DNA of 64,000 bases, taken from Tubulanus polymorphus. Taxonomy: Eukaryota; Animalia; Nemertea. The stretch covers positions 12,984,850-13,048,849 of the forward strand of contig NC_134029.1 of NCBI RefSeq assembly GCF_964204645.1, given 5' to 3'. A program made the translations under genes and the position numbers. Position 1 is the stretch's first letter. Every line of letters begins with the position of its first letter. The notes under the pieces were generated by a model, which searched no databases, was not told the DNA's origin, and worked only from the letters and a program-made list of their open reading frames with translations. Positions 27,725-40,070 of the stretch are shown here, piece by piece.

Positions 27725-29700
27725 AATATAGATGATAGATTAGATAAATGTTATAGTGAAATAAAAAGTAAAATAGAAGAGAGATATTTTGAAGGATCGG
27801 GTTTGATATTCGATGAAATAATATTTATGACGTTACATGTGTACGATACAAAATATAATAAATTAACTAATCATGAAAATTGATGAAAATAATTTATTAT
27901 ATTATAAAGAACCAGATATTGAAGCATCGAGTTATATCAAATTACCATTTAAAACTAATATACTATACTGTTATAAATATACAACATTTTGATGATAAAT
28001 GTTTTCTTTGGACAATAATAAGTTGTTTACATCCTGCAACTGATAATATTTGTAGAGTATCAAATTATATATCATTTGAAAATAATTATAAGATAGAAAT
28101 GTACCCTGTTAGAATTAAAAATATACCAAAAATAGAAAGAGATAATAATTTAGAAATAAATGTATTTGATTCAATTAAATTACCAAATACAAAAGGTGAT
28201 GATATTAGATATTATACATTAGAACCTCTATACCTATCGAAAGATTATTATTCAATTGATCTTATAGATATATTATATTACGATCAGATTCTGATTTTAA
28301 TAATAAAATATATCTATGTAGAAAATGTTTACATAAATTTAGAACTGAATATGCATCATTAAATCATTAACAACTATGTGATAATCATGATTATTGTAAA
28401 TTATTCTACCAACAGAAAAAGATAGAACATTAGAATTTAAAAAATATGATCACAAAAATAAAGTACCATTTGTTATATATGGTGGCTTCGAGTCATTGAA
28501 TAAAGAACTAAATGATCAAGATAGAAAAGAAATATATTGTAAGATAAAGAGATTAAATTCTGGTGTAATTGATTATTCAGAACCATCAAAAACAAATACT
28601 ATTAAAAAGATTCAACTATCAGCTGCAGCCTTTGGATTATATGTAAAATCAGACTACCCAGAACTAATTAAAAGTGAATATTATTATTATAGATCTGAAA
28701 AATGTAATTATCATTTTTGTGACTTATTAATTGAATATGAAATAAAATTTAATGAATTATTAGATACAAATAAAGAAATTAAAATGACAGAACAAGATAC
28801 AGAAGAATTTGAGTTTGCAGATAAATGTTTTCATTGTGAAAAACTATTTAATTTTAAAGATAAAATGATCATTTGAATGGAATGTTTTAGGTGCAGCACA
28901 TGAGAATTGTAACTTGCAAGTTTAAAAAATTAATTTTTTCCAGTAATATTTCATAATTTAACAGGGTATAATGCTCATTTATTCATTAAACAACTATGTC
29001 ATAAAATAGAAGAAATGAAAAATGAAATAGAAATGTTAAATTCTAATAGATCAAAAGATGTTGACAAAATACCAACATTAATTTAAAATGTCGGCTAAAA
29101 CATCTGAAAAATATATCAGTTTTCAATTCGGTTGTTGGAGATTTATAGACTCATATAGATTTCTAATTAGTTCATTAGATAATTTATCAAAATCATTCGT
29201 TGATGATGAATTGAAAATAAGAAAGCAACACTATCCAAATAATGATGATTTTCAATTCATGAGATATAAAGGTGCTAAACCACATAGTTTTTCTAAAAAT
29301 CATTATGATTTTTAATATAACTAAATTATCAAAAGAACAATTTTTTTATGAATTAAGATCCGAATATGTTAAAGATGAAGTTTATAATAGAACATTGACT
29401 ATTTGGAATCATTTTGGAATGAAAAATCATGGTGAATTAGTAGATTTATATTTAAAATCAGATGTGTTATTATTAACTAATTCGAAAGGTTTAGAGATGT
29501 AAATCTAAAATATTTTAATATCGATCCTTGCCACTGTTATTCTAGTCCAGGTTTAACTTGGGACTGTGGTTTAAAATTTACAGATATAAAAATGGATTCA
29601 TTAACAAATGTAGATCAATTATTATTTGAAAAATCTATCAGAGGAGGAGTCTCTGGAGTATTAGGTGATAGATATTTCAATGTAAATGATAATCCTGGAT
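27725..29700 (+). pseudogene. Polinton/Maverick protein-primed DNA polymerase B, N-terminal part (decayed)
   Basis: DDKCFLWTI, PFVIYGGFES, CFHC..GAAHENCNL (Endo VII-like), FHNL.GYNAHL, FIDSYRFL.SSLDNL, DLYLKSDVLLL, IRGGVS; many stops and frameshifts. Confidence 0.9.
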
Positions 29701-30591
29701 AACAAGAGAAATCCCACAATAAGTTCAGCCAAAACGAGAAACTTGAATAGAAGAGTTATATATATTTGCGCAACGTTTCGGCTAAAGACTATTAGCCATC
29801 ATCAGGCGTACTGAGTACAGGAGAATATTACAAGATATTTATACAAGACCAAAACAATAGAAGCAGAGTGAGTGATTAAAATATTGAAAGGGGAATAGAT
29901 TAAAGTAATGACATAACAACTAGAAAACAATGCTAAAGTAAGCAAGGCAAACTAGGGGCAATGTAGATTAAAGTAATTAATAAACAAAGACACAAGCTAA
30001 AGTGATTAAAACGGGAGGACAAGCTAAGGGGTAATCAAATAAAAACAAAGAGAAGGAACATGAAAGGCGATAATCAGTGAGTGAGTGGAAACAAGCAAAC
30101 TATGATAAAGGCAAAACAATGGAGGGAATTAGTATAACGGGGGTACAAGAGAAGCGAGAAATTTGGAGATCAAAATGTTGTGGGGGGAAAAACCGTTATT
30201 CAAATTAACACAATTTTCCAAGTTTTCAATAATCAGGGCCGATTCCATAATGTGTCGTTTAATCTTTTCTGAACAGGGGAAAATTATGGAGGCATTTTCA
30301 AAATCAAAATTGTGGCTGGTTTCGTATACGTGATTAGCAACACCGCTTTCAGGCTTAAAATTCTTTACATCATTCTTATGTTCACGAATGCGCTTGTGTA
30401 AATCGCGTCCGGTTTCGCCGATATATATTTTGTTACAAACTTTACAGGGGATTTTATATACACCAATGTTCAGGGGTTCAATTTTGGGGGAGTTATTGTT
30501 ATAAGTAAAAATGAGTTGTTTGTTTAAGAGATGGAGGGGAGTTTTAGATTTTTCCAGAAAAGGAACAAAAGGTACAATAATAGGCTGTTTA
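29701..30591 (-). mobile_element. 5'-truncated Penelope (Poseidon-type) copy: GIY-YIG region plus 3' UTR
   Basis: Minus-strand translation KQPIIVPFVPFLE...GVYKIPCKVCNKIYIGETGRDLHKRIREHK, a diverged relative of the 43281-45689 protein. Confidence 0.9.
29767..29810 (-). ncRNA. Minimal type I hammerhead ribozyme of the PLE
   Basis: Minus strand: tacgc CTGATGA t ggctaa..ttagcc GAAAC gtt gcgca. Confidence 0.85.
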
Positions 30592-33500
30592 CGCGCGCGG
30601 GTCCCTTGAGAGTGACTGAAATGTGAACGAAAGACTGTTACTAAAAAGTGATACTAATCGTTCATAAAATCCGCCGTGCCACGGCGCACGTTTTGGAATG
30701 AATTTCCAAATAATCCCTTGTTGGGATGAATATGTCGAAAATTCTACTGCAGAAAAAATGCGGATCAGAATATCATTAGCACAAGTGAACGTAGATGCAT
30801 TATCAGAAATGAGCTGTCTAGGTACGGACCTACGTGACACAAATCTCTTAAATGCTAATATGAATTGTTCTGTAGTAAGATCTGACACAAGCTCCAAATG
30901 AACTGCACGGCTCACCGCGCATGTAAACAAACAAGTGTGTGTTTTCACATAATCTCCACTTTTCGATCTTACGAACAAAGGCCCCAGATAATCCACGCCT
31001 GTAAAATGAAAGCATGGTACTTCTGTGATTCGAGATATAGGCAAGGGTGGAGGATCTGGGAGCCTGTAAGGTTTACATGATAATTTGCGACATACAACAC
31101 ATTTTCCAAGTATATTCTTTACAAGTTGTCGAATCTGCGGAATCCAATAGACCTCTCTGAGTTTTGCGATAGTAGAATTAACTCCAGAATGGAAGTTGTA
31201 ACAATGCTCTCTGTACACTATCAAACGAGTAAGGTAATGATATTTTGGGAGTAATATTGGAGTCATAGCAGAATCGATGATAGGAGCATTTTGCAATCTC
31301 CCTCTACATCTTATCAAATTATCGTTACCTATATATAATTGTAATTGATTGACAATGGCCAAGCAAGAACCTTTGTTACCCTGAACCTTTGGAAACTCAG
31401 AATCTTGAATGAATTTTATCCACCAATATTCTGCGGAATGCATTTCTTCCGCTGTAATTCTACCGTGAAGCCTCGGGGTAACTCCGGCTCTGCAGTTGTT
31501 GATGAATCGAAACACCAGTGAAGACAATCGTAACAAACTAACAATAGAAGAAAAACAATTATAATCAACAAACGGTAACGGTGCATCGAAAACATCGGCA
31601 TCAGAATCAGTGGACATAACATGGATTTCAGAATCATCAATGGCCATCGAAAGGTACTCCGGCCTAATATTACTAATAAGCCAGTCTGGACCATGGAACC
31701 AGAATTGATACAACTCACGTAGTTTAGAACAATCAACACCTCGAGTGAGCAAATCAGCAGGATTTTCATCAGACCTACAATAATACCAGCGTGTACTCTC
31801 AACCAAAGATCTTATTTCATACACTCTATTCCTAATGAATTCACTTAATTTCTTTTTAGACTTAAGCCATGATAACACGATCTGGCTGTCTGTGTACATA
31901 TATACATCGATATTTGGAGCATTTGCCTTTAAAGCGGTACAAATATAATCAGTCAACCTTGACGCTATCAATGCTGCAATTAATTCTAACCTTGGAATAG
32001 TAGTTTCTTTGTTAGGAGCTACCCGTGATTTAGAAGAAATCAAGATACATTCATCACCACACTTCAAATATGAAACAGCCCCATACGCAGATTTACTGGC
32101 ATCAGAAAACGTATGTAATTCTAGCTGTGCATTTTGATCACGACCGGCAAAGTAACATCGAGGTAACGAGATTTCTGGAAGATTGCTTAGGTCACCAGCT
32201 ATTTCTCTCCACCGAGAACACAAAACGTCTGGCAGGGGATCGTCCCAGTCGTAAGAATCCTTCCAAAGACTCTGAACAAAGACCTTTATTTTAACAGTTA
32301 CTGGGGTGAAAAACCCTAATGGATCATAGATCTTACTCATGTCTCTCGTTACTGTGCGTTTCGTGATAGGTGTACCGGGTTCTAGAGTATTTATGGATCT
32401 AGATTTCAATGATAGACAATCGGATTCTGTATCCCAAGTAACACCTAAAATGTCTACAGTTAATGACTTCTCTAAGACGCCATCACTTCGAGCGTGTTCC
32501 CTTAATAGAGAACAGTTCGAAGACCAGGAACGTAAATTGAAATGACCTTCTGCGAGCACATCTCGCGATCGTGAATAATATTCCAAGGCCTGTTCCTCAT
32601 AATCTACGGAGGAAACTACATTATCCATGTAAATGTTGTGTATCAAATCGTTGGTAACAGAATTCAAATTATTCTGTAAATGGAACAAAACTGTACTGTT
32701 TAAAATGAAAGGCGAGCATGTCGCACCAAACAAAACCCGTTTAAAACGGTATACCTCCAAGGGTGAATTTGGATCGGTTGGATCTTTAGGCCAAAAAAAT
32801 CTAGTCACGTCACGATCCCGAGGGTGTAACCCAATCTGTAGAAAAGCTTTTTCTATATCAGCAGCTAGACCTATTTTACCGAAGCGAAATCTCATGAGTA
32901 TTTGAATTATTTCATCGAACAACGAAGGGCCACTATTCAAACAGTCATTTAAACTAGGATTATCGCCTACACTAAAACTACAGTCGAATACGATACGCAC
33001 AGGCGTCGTCACTGACTGTTTGAATACTGGGTGATGAGCTAAGTAGTGTTTAACATTAGAATTATCTAATTCAGATTCGGAAACCTTTTCGATGAAATTC
33101 TTTGAAAGCTGATCAACAATGATGTCCGAATACTTTCCCAACATCTCAGGAGATTGCCTTAATCTATCAATAGTTGAATGCGTTCTATTCACTATCACGT
33201 CAAAATCTGACGGCAGAACTGGATGATTTTCACGCCATGGCAATTTAGCGTAGTATGTATTGTCATGCTTTTCAATATAATTCGTGCAATAATATGTAAC
33301 AAATTCTTTATCATTATCAAACGATGAATTTGGCATAATTCCAATGTTCTCCAATGACCAAAAATCACCAACTGATTCCGGCGTTTTTCCTGCGCTTGTT
33401 AATACACTCATTACAGCTACAGGACGATCAGCAAAAATACCAACCGGACCACAAACCAAATAGCCTAATTTCGAACTAATTGCTACAGGACCAACAGACG

Positions 33501-35322
33501 ACTTAACAATATGACCGGTCACAAATTCATAATAAAAATCCGACCCGATTAACACCTGAACATTAATCTTGTCAGAATTTACAGTGTCCGCAAACTGCAG
33601 CGATTTAAATTCTGGAATATCTCTGAATGCAGTATTCACCGATATAGGCTGAGTAATTTCGGGTACTACCAATGCTTTTACAACTACACAGCTGTCATTG
33701 CAACGGACATTCAATGTAACCAAATCCAAATGATGTACACTACGTTTATCAGAACCAAAAACAGACATGCTTACTGTCTCTTTCCTAGTGATTGGAAGCC
33801 CTAAATCTTTGGCTAATTGAGACGTAATAAACGTCCGTTGCGCCCCATCGTCAAAAAGCAAATTAGCAATGATTGTTTTATCAGTACCGGAAACTTCCGT
33901 CACCGCAGTTTTTAACATAACAGTATCTAATAACTTAGCATTAGTGGTTACAGCTGTGGTTTCAAATTCTATCAAGGATATATTTTGGTTTGATTGGCAG
34001 GTTCCACCTTCAACCACTGAATTAGTTTGAGTTGCTGAATTAGATGCGATTAATCTTCTTTGCTTAACTCTACCCGGTTCACTAAAGCTCATGTCAGCCT
34101 GATTTCCGGTACCAGGCCCCATGCGGGATACGGCAAAACACAAACTACTGTGGTGTCGCTTTTTGCAAAACTTACATAAAACTTCCGACCGACAATTACT
34201 CACTCTATGCTTTCCAAGGCAATTAAAACATAAGCCTGCCTTTTGAACGATGTCCTTTCTCTTCCTAACGTCGGTAACATAAAAACAATCGGATGGCAAA
34301 TGAGATTTACAACAGTACACACAGTTTCGAGTAACATTCCTGACGGGTTTCGAATTAACAGATTGTTTTGAATTGATATTTAAATGCAACGATTGAATAG
34401 GCGCGTTCGTTTCTGGTGACATGCATGATTCCTTTAATTGAATTTGAACAAGTAAAGCTTCTATGAGCTCAGATAAACACCAATCCCTATCAGGTTTATT
34501 ATACATAATTGCCATAGACATTTTAACATCGTAAGGTAACTTGTCCAACATAGCTGGAACAAGCATCACGCCGTAGGATTCAGTAGAAATACCAATTGAA
34601 CCGAGATGTCGAATATACGTTTCAGAACTATCATAAAAACGCCTTAATGACGAAACTTCAGTTGTTGGCGGATTCAATTCAGTTAAAGCCTGCAAATATG
34701 CTTTTGACAAACGGTGCGTCTGACCAAAACGATTTTGTAATAATTCAACGGCACTATCATAGTTTTCTGAAGTCATAGGAAGACCATCAATACAACTTCT
34801 AGCGTCACCACTAATTTGACCGAGCAAATAACTATATTTCTCAATGTTAGAAAACGCTGAATTATTATGCACTGTTGATTCAAACAACCCCCAAAAGGTA
34901 GACCATTCAAGCAGATTCCCAGTAAACGTGGGCAATTTAAGCGTCGGAAGTGTGGATTTCCGAAATCCTTCAGTTCTAACTTTAGTAGCGGTTAACGTCG
35001 TATTCTTCAAATATTGTTCATAAAACAACTTACGATCAGTGGCATTCGAAATGCCCTCTTCTGCTTCATTCGAAACTTGCATGTAGACGCTGTCATCTTT
35101 CATCATCACCAACATTTCTTCATTTATGTCAGTCAGAAGCGTGATCTTGCTCTCGAGTCGCTGCACCAATCGTTCGAGTTTCGCAATGTCCGGCGCCTGA
35201 GTTGTTCTTGAATTGACCACCGAATCTGCGTCATTCAAAATCATCGTGACTTGTCCCCGCTGGGCTGTCCCCTTCCGCACAAGGCCTTTGTAGCCTTCGC
35301 TTTGTCGTCCGTCTTCCGCCAT
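30589..35322 (-). CDS. BEL/Pao Gag-Pol polyprotein (Gag with Zn knuckles, protease, RT, RNase H, integrase truncated after the DDE core)
   Basis: LPTFTGNLLEWSTF, CFNCLGKH..C, LFDDGAQRTF, ADIEKAFLQI, YMDN, HTFSDASKSAYG, NPADLLTRG, GVDYLGP, SDNASTF, PWHGGFYERLV. Likely start is MAEDG (35322), downstream of the PBS. Confidence 0.92.
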   Translation of the reverse strand: MAEDGRQSEGYKGLVRKGTAQRGQVTMILNDADSVVNSRTTQAPDIAKLERLVQRLESKITLLTDINEEMLVMMKDDSVYMQVSNEAEEGISNATDRKLFYEQYLKNTTLTATKVRTEGFRKSTLPTLKLPTFTGNLLEWSTFWGLFESTVHNNSAFSNIEKYSYLLGQISGDARSCIDGLPMTSENYDSAVELLQNRFGQTHRLSKAYLQALTELNPPTTEVSSLRRFYDSSETYIRHLGSIGISTESYGVMLVPAMLDKLPYDVKMSMAIMYNKPDRDWCLSELIEALLVQIQLKESCMSPETNAPIQSLHLNINSKQSVNSKPVRNVTRNCVYCCKSHLPSDCFYVTDVRKRKDIVQKAGLCFNCLGKHRVSNCRSEVLCKFCKKRHHSSLCFAVSRMGPGTGNQADMSFSEPGRVKQRRLIASNSATQTNSVVEGGTCQSNQNISLIEFETTAVTTNAKLLDTVMLKTAVTEVSGTDKTIIANLLFDDGAQRTFITSQLAKDLGLPITRKETVSMSVFGSDKRSVHHLDLVTLNVRCNDSCVVVKALVVPEITQPISVNTAFRDIPEFKSLQFADTVNSDKINVQVLIGSDFYYEFVTGHIVKSSVGPVAISSKLGYLVCGPVGIFADRPVAVMSVLTSAGKTPESVGDFWSLENIGIMPNSSFDNDKEFVTYYCTNYIEKHDNTYYAKLPWRENHPVLPSDFDVIVNRTHSTIDRLRQSPEMLGKYSDIIVDQLSKNFIEKVSESELDNSNVKHYLAHHPVFKQSVTTPVRIVFDCSFSVGDNPSLNDCLNSGPSLFDEIIQILMRFRFGKIGLAADIEKAFLQIGLHPRDRDVTRFFWPKDPTDPNSPLEVYRFKRVLFGATCSPFILNSTVLFHLQNNLNSVTNDLIHNIYMDNVVSSVDYEEQALEYYSRSRDVLAEGHFNLRSWSSNCSLLREHARSDGVLEKSLTVDILGVTWDTESDCLSLKSRSINTLEPGTPITKRTVTRDMSKIYDPLGFFTPVTVKIKVFVQSLWKDSYDWDDPLPDVLCSRWREIAGDLSNLPEISLPRCYFAGRDQNAQLELHTFSDASKSAYGAVSYLKCGDECILISSKSRVAPNKETTIPRLELIAALIASRLTDYICTALKANAPNIDVYMYTDSQIVLSWLKSKKKLSEFIRNRVYEIRSLVESTRWYYCRSDENPADLLTRGVDCSKLRELYQFWFHGPDWLISNIRPEYLSMAIDDSEIHVMSTDSDADVFDAPLPFVDYNCFSSIVSLLRLSSLVFRFINNCRAGVTPRLHGRITAEEMHSAEYWWIKFIQDSEFPKVQGNKGSCLAIVNQLQLYIGNDNLIRCRGRLQNAPIIDSAMTPILLPKYHYLTRLIVYREHCYNFHSGVNSTIAKLREVYWIPQIRQLVKNILGKCVVCRKLSCKPYRLPDPPPLPISRITEVPCFHFTGVDYLGPLFVRSKSGDYVKTHTCLFTCAVSRAVHLELVSDLTTEQFILAFKRFVSRRSVPRQLISDNASTFTCANDILIRIFSAVEFSTYSSQQGIIWKFIPKRAPWHGGFYERLVSLFSNSLSFTFQSLSRDPRA

Positions 35323-35575
35323 CACGTACTGCCAGGCTCGAAGGCTCGAGGGACCAAAAACTCTGAACTCTGTAGAAAACTCTGCGACAGTCGGGCCCTT
35401 AAACGGGCGCACCAAAGACCAACAACACACACACGTATATCGCAGATACAAAAATGACATAGAATTTATTCCCAATACTGTATTTATATAAGGTACAAAT
35501 AATGTGAGTAATAAACCGTGAACTAACTCGACCATAAACCGTAACAACAGGATATACAGATAAGCTTGCTTACAA
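30592..35575 (-). mobile_element. BEL/Pao LTR retrotransposon, 3'-truncated
   Basis: LTR remnant ~35370-35575 (AATAAA, ends ...ctaca) and PBS-like tggtccctcgagcc (~35343-35356), followed by the gag-pol ORF. Confidence 0.9.
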
Positions 35576-35579
35576 TATT

Positions 35580-36380
35580 CAACAATTGCAGATGATTCAG
35601 ATACTGAATACTTTTTCGTTGTAGATTTAGAAAAACCCTGAACATATTAAATTTAAATCTAGAAATCTAGCATACGGTCCCGAACATGTTTCTCATGAAG
35701 AACTATCAAATTATCAAAAAAGAATTAAACCTGAAAATCATATTCATACAGAAAAGTTAATGGTGGCTCAGGAAGATAAATATAATTATGTAGTTTTATT
35801 TGCAACAAGGAATGATATTTAAAAAAGTACATAGATATATTTCATTCAGTCAATCTAAATGGTTAGAAAAATATATAGATTTTAACACCAAACAGAGAAC
35901 TAAAGCTAAAATATGATTTTGAGAAAGATTTCTTCAAGTTAATGAATAATGCATTCTATGGAAAGAATTGTGAGGATATTAGAAATAGAAATGATATTGA
36001 GTAAATGAGCAATGTTAAAAGGATAAGGCATTTGCGATCGTATCCTAAAGATCATAGGCAACATAATATTTGATGAAAGTTTAGCTGCAGTTAAAAAGAG
36101 AAGAAAATCAATGAAGTTCAATAAACCTATTTATGTTGGAGCATGAGTTTTAGAAATATCAAAATTACTGATGTATGAATTTTATTATAATGTTTTGCAA
36201 CAACTTTTTGGAGAAAAACATGTAGAAATCTTATATTTTGATACCGACAGTTACATATTAAAGATGAAATCTAATAATCTAATAAATGATTTGAAAATAT
36301 TAAAACATCATTTTGATTTCAGTAGCTATCCTAAAAATCATGAATTATTTAGTAATGATAATAAAAAAGGTAAATTGATG
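35580..36380 (+). pseudogene. Polinton pPolB, C-terminal part
   Basis: VVDLE, KLMNNAFYGK, KPIYVG, MYEFYY, YFDTDS, FDFSSYP motifs. Confidence 0.9.
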
Positions 36381-36467
36381 AAAATCTGTATAATAATTGT
36401 AGGTAGAACAACCACAAACTATGATGAGTACAAATAGTATAATAAATAGTAATAGTTATAAATATAT

Positions 36468-37085
36468 ATGAAATATGTGTTCTAAATGTGAATTAAGTAA
36501 ATCATTAACATAATTTTATAAAGGTTAGATTAGCAAAGATGGCAAGCAATGCTATTGTAAAAATTGCAAAAAGTACACAATAAACAATATCGAAAAGATG
36601 ATATAAAGTATTTTAAAGATTATCAAAAACAATATCAAGAAGATAATAGAGAATATATTAAAGTGCATGAAAGGTATAAAACAGATTTTAATTTCAGAAT
36701 AAAAAGATATTTAAGTTCTAATATAACAAATTCATTCAGTTAAGATAAACACTCAGTTACACTATCTAATGTACTAGGGTGTTCAGATGAATTCCTAACA
36801 AAATGGATTATATATCAGTTCGATGATAAAATGAATGAAAAAAACTATGGAGATTATTTTCATATCGACCATGTGTTACCGGTATCGAAATTTAATTTGA
36901 GTGATGAATATAATAAGAAATTGATATGGAATTGGGAGAACCTGAGACCACTCGAAAAGAAAGAAAATATGATTAAGTCTAACAAACTGAATTTACAATT
37001 ATATATAGATCAGTTAGATAAAGCAACGAAATTTGTTGAGCATCGGAATAGTGACCCACAGAATGAACCGTATACTGAGACTTAA
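36468..37085 (+). pseudogene. Zn-ribbon plus HNH endonuclease of the type common in giant viruses and phages
   Basis: CSKC...KDG..CYCKNC, then LGCSDEFL..W...QF...MNEKNYGDYFHIDHVLP..F.L...WNWENLRPL...EN..KSNK. Confidence 0.75.
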
Positions 37086-38969
37086 TTACTCGAGTAGAAT
37101 AACAGCAAAGCCCGATCTACTTAAAATTGTCTGTATATTCAAACATCTGTTGCATATTTGCGCGCATTGAGTTTTATAGAATTAATCAATTTGATTAATG
37201 TTCGAACATATGTTGCCATAGAATAATTGTGAATAGCTGGCAGTTCTGTATAAGCACACATACACGCGCGCATATATTTCTCTATTTTATACAATTCGGA
37301 GTTTCACATTGTGAGGTAAATGTAAGTACCGTTTTGTAGTTATTAAGAAATCGGGAAAGGGGTTACTTACTAGAAACCTTTAAATAATTCATATTTGTCA
37401 ACTACAACTTCTGTTTAACGTTAGATAAATTTCTCTTTTAGGTAACAAGAAAGTTAAGTGGGATCAGAAATGGATGTTTTACGTCTAAAGAGACTGTAGT
37501 TGTTTTGTTACACTGTATAGATTTTCAATGTATGATATTTGCCGGAATTGCAGTTGCGCATACATTCGTCGTTCGGTCGTTGTTAATAGTAACAGCAACA
37601 GCTATTTTATTATAGTTTATTGATTTCAACATTCGAGCATAACTTACCGGGCTTCGCATGAACGGCTTGGAATGTTCGATCGATACAGTTTGCAGAATAA
37701 ATACACGTGTTTATTATATCAACTGGTGTCTTTCGTTATATTAATTTTCAGTTTGAGGATTTAATATCAATGAAATGCCTTATCTGCACAATTTTACATT
37801 GCTCCGCATAGATAAACAAAAGTAGTCAGCTATTAGATTCCTAATTTAATAGAAAGTATCAAAAATTACATACTTTCAACTAGCTATTATTTTTTAATAT
37901 ATTTTTATTCGAATCTAATATTTCTATTGTTAACTAGAATACTTTAAACCTCAAATAGATTCGAATAACAAAACAATAACTTCAGATGGATATTTAAATC
38001 TAATACCACTTACTTATACTAGAATACTTTAACTAAAATATTATAACATATATTTTTTTTTCTTATAATAAATATCTAAGAAATCAAAGGATAATGTTAC
38101 TATAGAAAAGACATTAAATGAATTGGGCATTACTATAATAAAGATACAGTTGTAACTAATTGTACTCAAGTTAATAATGATATTGTTTACGAGTACTGTT
38201 ATCATGTAAGCACCAACTTGAGTTATTAATTGCTAGTAATTCTTAAGTAAAATTATAACATATGAAGAACTACATGCTATGAAACCAGATAAAGTAATCA
38301 AATATTTTTAAATATATGAAGAAGCAAGGTAAGCTTGAATAAATGATTCTATTAGTGATGGAATAGTAAAATGTAACTCTATGAAAAGTTATGTAATCGA
38401 GTAATACCTAGTGATTTAAAAAATGATTACTTAGTTATGACAGAATTACAAAAATGGGTCGGGTACGCATCATTCCAATTAGGTGGAAATATGACATTAA
38501 TTTCTACCGGAAATATAACATTTTCTAACATTAAACCTATAGAATATAAAGATAATAATAAATCAGATAATAATGAAACAGAACAAAAATTAACTAAAAT
38601 TTATGATGATGAGTGATGATGCTATTAAGAAAAAGCCTAGATCAGAAAAACAAATTGCAAGGGCAAAAGGATTAGGTAAAAGATCTGCAGAATTAAAAGG
38701 ATTAAGAAAAAGAAAATAAATGATATAAATGAATCACAGAAATTATCTGATATTAATTAAGATAATGATCTATTTAAGTCTTCTAATACTGGAAGAAATA
38801 ATTATATTACAATCGGATTAATCACAGTGTTTATATTCTCTGGGGTAATATATAAATATAAATTCAAATTTAATAATGATGATAATGATGATAAACCTAT
38901 TATGCCAGAAAATAAATCAAATGATAAAATTATTGAAATAAATCTAAATTATTGATTATGGATTAAAAT

Positions 38970-40070
38970 ATGATGAAAAAAGAACAATATTTAAGAGATT
39001 TATATTATAATCCTGAAAGTGAAGTATCATATTCTAGTGTGAAAGAATTTTGGGATAAAATTTAATCTGATGAAGAAAAATAAAATATAGTGAATTTAAA
39101 TAATGGTTACAAGTGTAACCGGCTGGTTGTTGTATCGGCAGGCTGGCTGGGGAACTATCATTTACACCAGCGGTACAGGATTCCATCCATCAGGAACAAC
39201 AAGGCATTTAAACCTTATATGTACAATCTTTATTGCATCCCGGAATGAGAATGATTATCATAACTTTACATAGTCTTTGTATACAGAATCATGAGTATGA
39301 TGTGAGAACTAGGTGTCAGACAAGTTGTAGACATCAGGACTCACAAACTAACACGTAGTGACATGTAGTGAGACGTAAATCAATTAATGAGGAGCACTGA
39401 CTAGAGCTAATCACTTTGAATACATATTGAGTAGTCTGACATGTTAATTACGATAAAGTACATATTGATACTATATTCATAAGTTATATTACATTATTGA
39501 TACTATTATTATCATTATTAAGCATTTCACATAGTAAGAGATATGAAATATTATGAACCATTCGTTATGAAATTGTAGATATATATGACTATATAGAATA
39601 TGCAACTTATATCAGGGTGACACAAGAACAGCCTACATATTAAATACATAGAAAAATGGAAAAAAACTTTTTAACATGAAAAGTTATGGTATCTTATATT
39701 GACCAACAGTGGCAGATTTAATTGATATGAAGAACTTAGAAGAATATAACAAAGGATATTTTTGGATATTAAATGTTATAGATATATTCAATGTATGGAG
39801 TGTACCAATCAAAAATAAAACAGGTATAGAAGTTACTGATGCGTTCAAATCAATATTTAAAGAAGCTATTCCAGGTAAGATACAATTTGATGAAGGTAAA
39901 GAGTTTCAAAATAAACATTTACAAAAATTATTTTCTGATAACGATAATAAAAATAATTAATAAAGATAATTGAAAACGGTAAAAAGTATATATGACTACA
40001 TATAGATGTCTATTGATCCTGAAAACTCAAAAAATGTAAATTAGAATTTGTAAGAATTACGAACTTTTGA
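38970..40070 (+). pseudogene. Polinton retroviral-like integrase, N-terminal and core part (interrupted by a solo LTR)
   Basis: LRDLYYNP...WLQ/EQPTY..HR...IDQQ-ADLIDM....YNKGY.WILNVIDIF...P.KIQFDEGKEF. Confidence 0.9.
39114..39622 (-). mobile_element. 509-bp solo LTR (Gypsy-type, 4-bp TSD)
   Basis: TGTAACC...GGTGACA termini with a CAAG duplication (39110-39113 and 39623-39626). Removing it restores the integrase reading WLQ-EQPTY. Confidence 0.9.

Noticed and set aside
35323-35547. N-terminal 75 aa of the 1652-aa ORF
   Set aside because: Runs through LTR and PBS sequence from a non-ATG start; the true start is more likely MAEDG at 35322.
37050-37770. Possible second solo LTR after the HNH gene
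   Set aside because: Composition shift and AATAAA are present, but I could not find convincing TG..CA ends with a TSD.
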